Part shown: in pieces, positions 60,140-64,000 of the stretch
Numbering within the stretch: position 1 is the first letter of the stretch
Layout: the number at the start of each line of letters is the position of its first letter
Source: Antedon mediterranea
Lineage: Eukaryota > Animalia > Echinodermata
Assembly: GCF_964355755.1 (NCBI RefSeq)
Contig: NC_092670.1
Location: forward strand, 19,888,795 to 19,952,794
Length of the DNA stretch: 64,000 bases
Reading direction: 5' to 3'
Notes under the pieces: generated by a model
Told to the model about the DNA's origin: nothing
The model's database searches: none
Seen by the model: only the letters and a program-made list of their open reading frames with translations
Position numbers and translations under genes: made by a program

Positions 60140-62520
60140 GTAACCAGTTATGTGTCAACAAAAATAAAAAAGTTGTGCATGTCAAATTATGATATACTGT
60201 ATTAACCAGTTATATAAAAAATAAAAGGGTCAAAATGTTGCAATTTTTCGAAAAATGTCCAATTTCTGAAATATATATTGAGGTAGCATGTGCAGACCAC
60301 ATTATGTGCCTCTGCACATGGCAGAGCCTGATAGTGACCAGTTATGAAAACAAGTAAAAGAGTCAAAATTTCGCCAATTTCCGTAAAATCTCTGTACTAT
60401 AGTACAGGGATTTTTTCGAAAAAAATGTCCAATATATCGAATTTTGAAATATATATTGAGGTAACATGAACAGACCACATTATGTGCGTCTGCGCATGTC
60501 AAAATATGATATAGTAATCAGTTATGTCAACAAATAAAAAGAGTCAAAATTTGGCCAATTTCCGTAAAATCTCTGTACTATAGTACAGCGTTTTTTTCGA
60601 CAAAAATTTCCAATATATCGACTTTTGAAATATATATTGAGGTAACATGAACAGACCACATTATGTGCGTCTGCGCATGTCAAAATATGATATAGTAATC
60701 AGTTATGTCAACAAATAAAAAGAGTCAAAATTTGGCTAATTTCCGTAAAATCTCTGTACTTTAGTACAGCGTTTTTTTTTCGAAAAAATGTCCAATATAT
60801 CGACTTTTGAAATATATATTGAGGTAACATGCACAGATCACATTATGTGCGTCTGCGCATGTCAAAATATGATATAGTAATCAGTTATGTCAACAAATAA
60901 AAAGAGTCAAAATTTGGCTAATTTCCGTAAAATCTCTGTACTATAGTACAGCGTTTTTTTTTTCGAAAAAAATGTCCAATATATCGACTTTTGAAATATA
61001 TATTGAGGTAACATGCACAGACCACATTATGTGCGTCTGCGAATGTCACTGTATGATACAGTAATCAGTTATGTCAACAAATAAAAAGAGTCAAAATCTG
61101 GCTAATTTCCGTAAAATCTCTGTACTTTAGTAAAGCATTTTTTTCGAAAAAAATGTCCAATATATCGACTTTTGAAATATATATTGAGGTAACATGCACA
61201 GATCACATTATGTGCGTCTGCGCATGTCAAAATATGATATAGTAATCAGTTATGTCAACAAATAAAAAGAGTCAAAATTTGGCTAATTTCCGTAAAATCT
61301 CTGTACTATAGTACAGCGTTTTTTTTCGAAAAAAATGTCCAATATATCGACTTTTGAAATATATATTGAGGTAACATGCACAGACCACATTATGTGCGTC
61401 TGCGAATGTCACTCATACAGTAATCAGTTATGTCAACAAATAAAAAGAGTCAAAATCTGGCTAATTTCCGTAAAATCTCTGTACTTTAGTAAAGCATTTT
61501 TTTCGAAAAAAATGTCCAATATATCGACTTTTGAAATATATATTGAGGTAACATGCACAGACCACATTATGTGCGTCTGCGCATGTCAAAATATGATATA
61601 GTAATCAGTTATGTCAACAAATAAAAAGAGTCAAAATTTGGCTAATTTCCGTAAAATCTCTGTACTATAGTACAGCGTTTTTTTTCGAAAAAAATGTCCA
61701 ATATATCGACTTTTGAAATATATATTGAGGTAACATGCACAGATCACATTATGTGCGTCTGCGCATGTCAAAATATGATATAGTAATCAGTTATGTCAAC
61801 AAATAAAAAGAGTCAAAATTTGGCAAATTTCCGTAAAATCTCTCTACTATAGTACAGCGTTTTTTTTCGAAAAAAAATGTCCAATGACTTTTGAAATATA
61901 TATTGAGGTAACATGCACAGATCACATTATGTGCGTCTGCGCATGTCAAAATATGATATAGTAATCAGTTATGTCAACAAATAAAAAGAGTCAAAATTTG
62001 GCAAATTTCCGTAAAATCTCTCTACTATAGTACAGCGTTTTTTTTCGAAAAAAAATGTCCAATGACTTTTGAAATATATATTGAGGTAACATGCACAGAT
62101 CACATTATGTGCGTCTGCGCATGTCAAAATATGATATAGTAATCAGTTATGTCAACAAATAAAAAGAGTCAAAATTTGGCAAATTTCCGTAAAATCTCTG
62201 TACTATAGTACAGCGTTTTTTTCGAAAAAAATGTCCAATATATCGACTTTTGAAATATATATTGAGGTAACATGCACAGACCACATTATGTGCGTCTGCG
62301 CATGTCACTGTATGATACAGTAGTAACCAGTTAAATAAAGGGTCGCAATTTGATTATCTTCCGAAAAAGTCCCCAGGGATTTTCAAAAAGTGTCAATATA
62401 TATATTTTTAAAATGTATATGAGGTACCACATTATGTGTGTCTGCACATGTCAAAGTATGATACAGTAACCAGTTAAGTCAACAAATAAGAGTCAACAAC
62501 TTTTTGTAAAAATCCATGTA
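60140..62520. repeat. ~181-bp satellite: about 11 well-conserved units with degenerate units at both edges
   Basis: GAGGTAACATG recurs at about 60458, 60639, 60821, 61005, 61186, 61368, 61545, 61727, 61905, 62083 and 62264. Confidence 0.95.
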
Positions 62521-63862
62521 CTATTACTGTATAGACAGGGGTTTTGTCGAATAATGGCAAATGTATTACATTTTCAAAATGCAATCATTATGTGATTATG
62601 TACGCCTATTGTCTTATCTTCTTGTAGAGCCATAATAACCAGTTATGGAAATTAAAACAAAAACATTGAATCAACAAAATGCCCATAGTATAGGGTAAAA
62701 GTATTTTATGAATTTATTAAGAAATTACCCAAAATAAGAAAGTCAACTAATCAATAAGTAACAACACTACATAAACAAAAACCACAAAAAGGAACTGCTA
62801 TTGAGAAGGTCATATTATTTTATTTTGTTATCTGGCGTACATTTTTTGTGATTGTTTTAATGCCAAATTTTATGGATAATGCAGTTAAATTTTAATTTAC
62901 GGTCTTCTAAATCCTTATTGAATTTACTGAATAAAACTAATACCTAACTTCTATATATACACCAACATTTATTTCTAGATATACATGTATACATAAATAA
63001 CTACAATTAAACCTATTCCCCATTTATGATTTACTATAAGACTTGAATGTAGACAGTAGCATACAATTTGCCTGAAAACAATATTTGTATGTGTTTTAAG
63101 ATGTTATTATTTTTTTTGCTACTAATATCCCTTTTACATTGCCTAGGAAATCTCTGGCGTTAACATACCTGGGTGTCATACCCGAGAATTATATGGTATG
63201 TACCCAAGTGTGTGAAGAGTTTTAGTAGGCGCGATATGTAAGGGGTATATTAGTGTGTGGATTAAATAAAAAGTTTTAATATAGTACATTGAAAAACATG
63301 AAACATTTTATAAAAACAAAATTGAGGTCATCATATACCAAATATGAAAAAAAAAAAACCTGAGCTTAATTTAAAAAATTGAAAAAATGAGCTTAATTTG
63401 GATTACGGCAGGCGCCATTATTTAGATATACATAGTCGATATGGCAAGACGCAATAAATGTTGAAAATAAAAGGTATAAAAAAGTCTACACAGATTTAAG
63501 TGTATATTTATAAAACCAAAAAGGTTATTGAATCAGTTGATATGGTTTATTCATGGTGCAACACGGGTCCATCGATCACAACCAACACTGTAAAAAACAA
63601 AAACAAATAAATGTATTAACCTATATAACATACATTTGTTAATTATTATGTTCTCAGACGCTGGAATAGGTCACAGTGCAAATTGGCTGCCATTATTTCA
63701 GACAGCTTGCATATGCTTGCCGAGTAAAGACGGACTACATCTTGTACTCTAAAATCTAAATTACAAAATTTACGAATGTTCGCGCTTTAATCTGTGGTTG
63801 AAATGACTGGTGGCCGCAATGATGAGACACCCTCCTAGCATAGAACAGGCATACAACATACT

Positions 63863-64000
63863 TTAATAATAATAATAACAGGATTTTTATAGCGCACATA
63901 CCACTCAAGAGTGCTCAAGGTGTGGCAAGCGTATACTCCTGTGCAACTAGAGTCAGCCAAATGGTGTCCGTATTGGGAGAGTTGTACATACTATATAAAA
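63863..64000 (-). mobile_element. Possible 3' tail of an L2-type LINE/SINE
   Basis: (TAA)n followed by TTTTTATAGCGC, a pattern common at the reverse-complemented 3' ends of such elements; short and cut by the window edge. Confidence 0.3.

Noticed and set aside
62520-63860. Distal AT-rich sequence with weak similarity to the USP7 downstream flank (GGGGTTTTGTCGAA)
   Set aside because: The match is too short to support homology by eye; no ORF or structure found.

Overview
AT-rich, intron-containing animal (invertebrate-like) genomic DNA; the exact lineage cannot be fixed from the sequence alone. From left to right: (1) the 3' part of WASHC2/FAM21 (+, ends 12439); (2) a BTB-BACK-Kelch (KLHL-family) gene (-); (3) HAPSTR1/C16orf72 (-), head-to-head with (4) a complete 31-exon USP7 gene (+, 27418-43226); (5) two tandem partial USP7 duplicates covering only the C-terminal linker, UBL1-5 and tail exons. 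The first duplicate has gained an in-frame ATG through a 5-nt deletion. By manual splicing it keeps an intact 15-exon ORF of about 567 aa, a catalytic-domain-less USP7 'HUBL + activation tail' protein. It is a recombinant of an older duplicate and the parent gene. The second duplicate has a broken splice donor and has lost the tail. The window also holds many MITEs (a 12-copy PIF/Harbinger-like family, plus Tc1/mariner-, hAT- and Kolobok-like elements), two copies of a Penelope-type element with a minimal hammerhead ribozyme, an intact tRNA-like cloverleaf, a LINE RT fragment, minisatellites (31 bp, palindromic 43 bp, 15 bp) and a ~181-bp satellite. All exon structures and alignments were done by eye; no database search was run.
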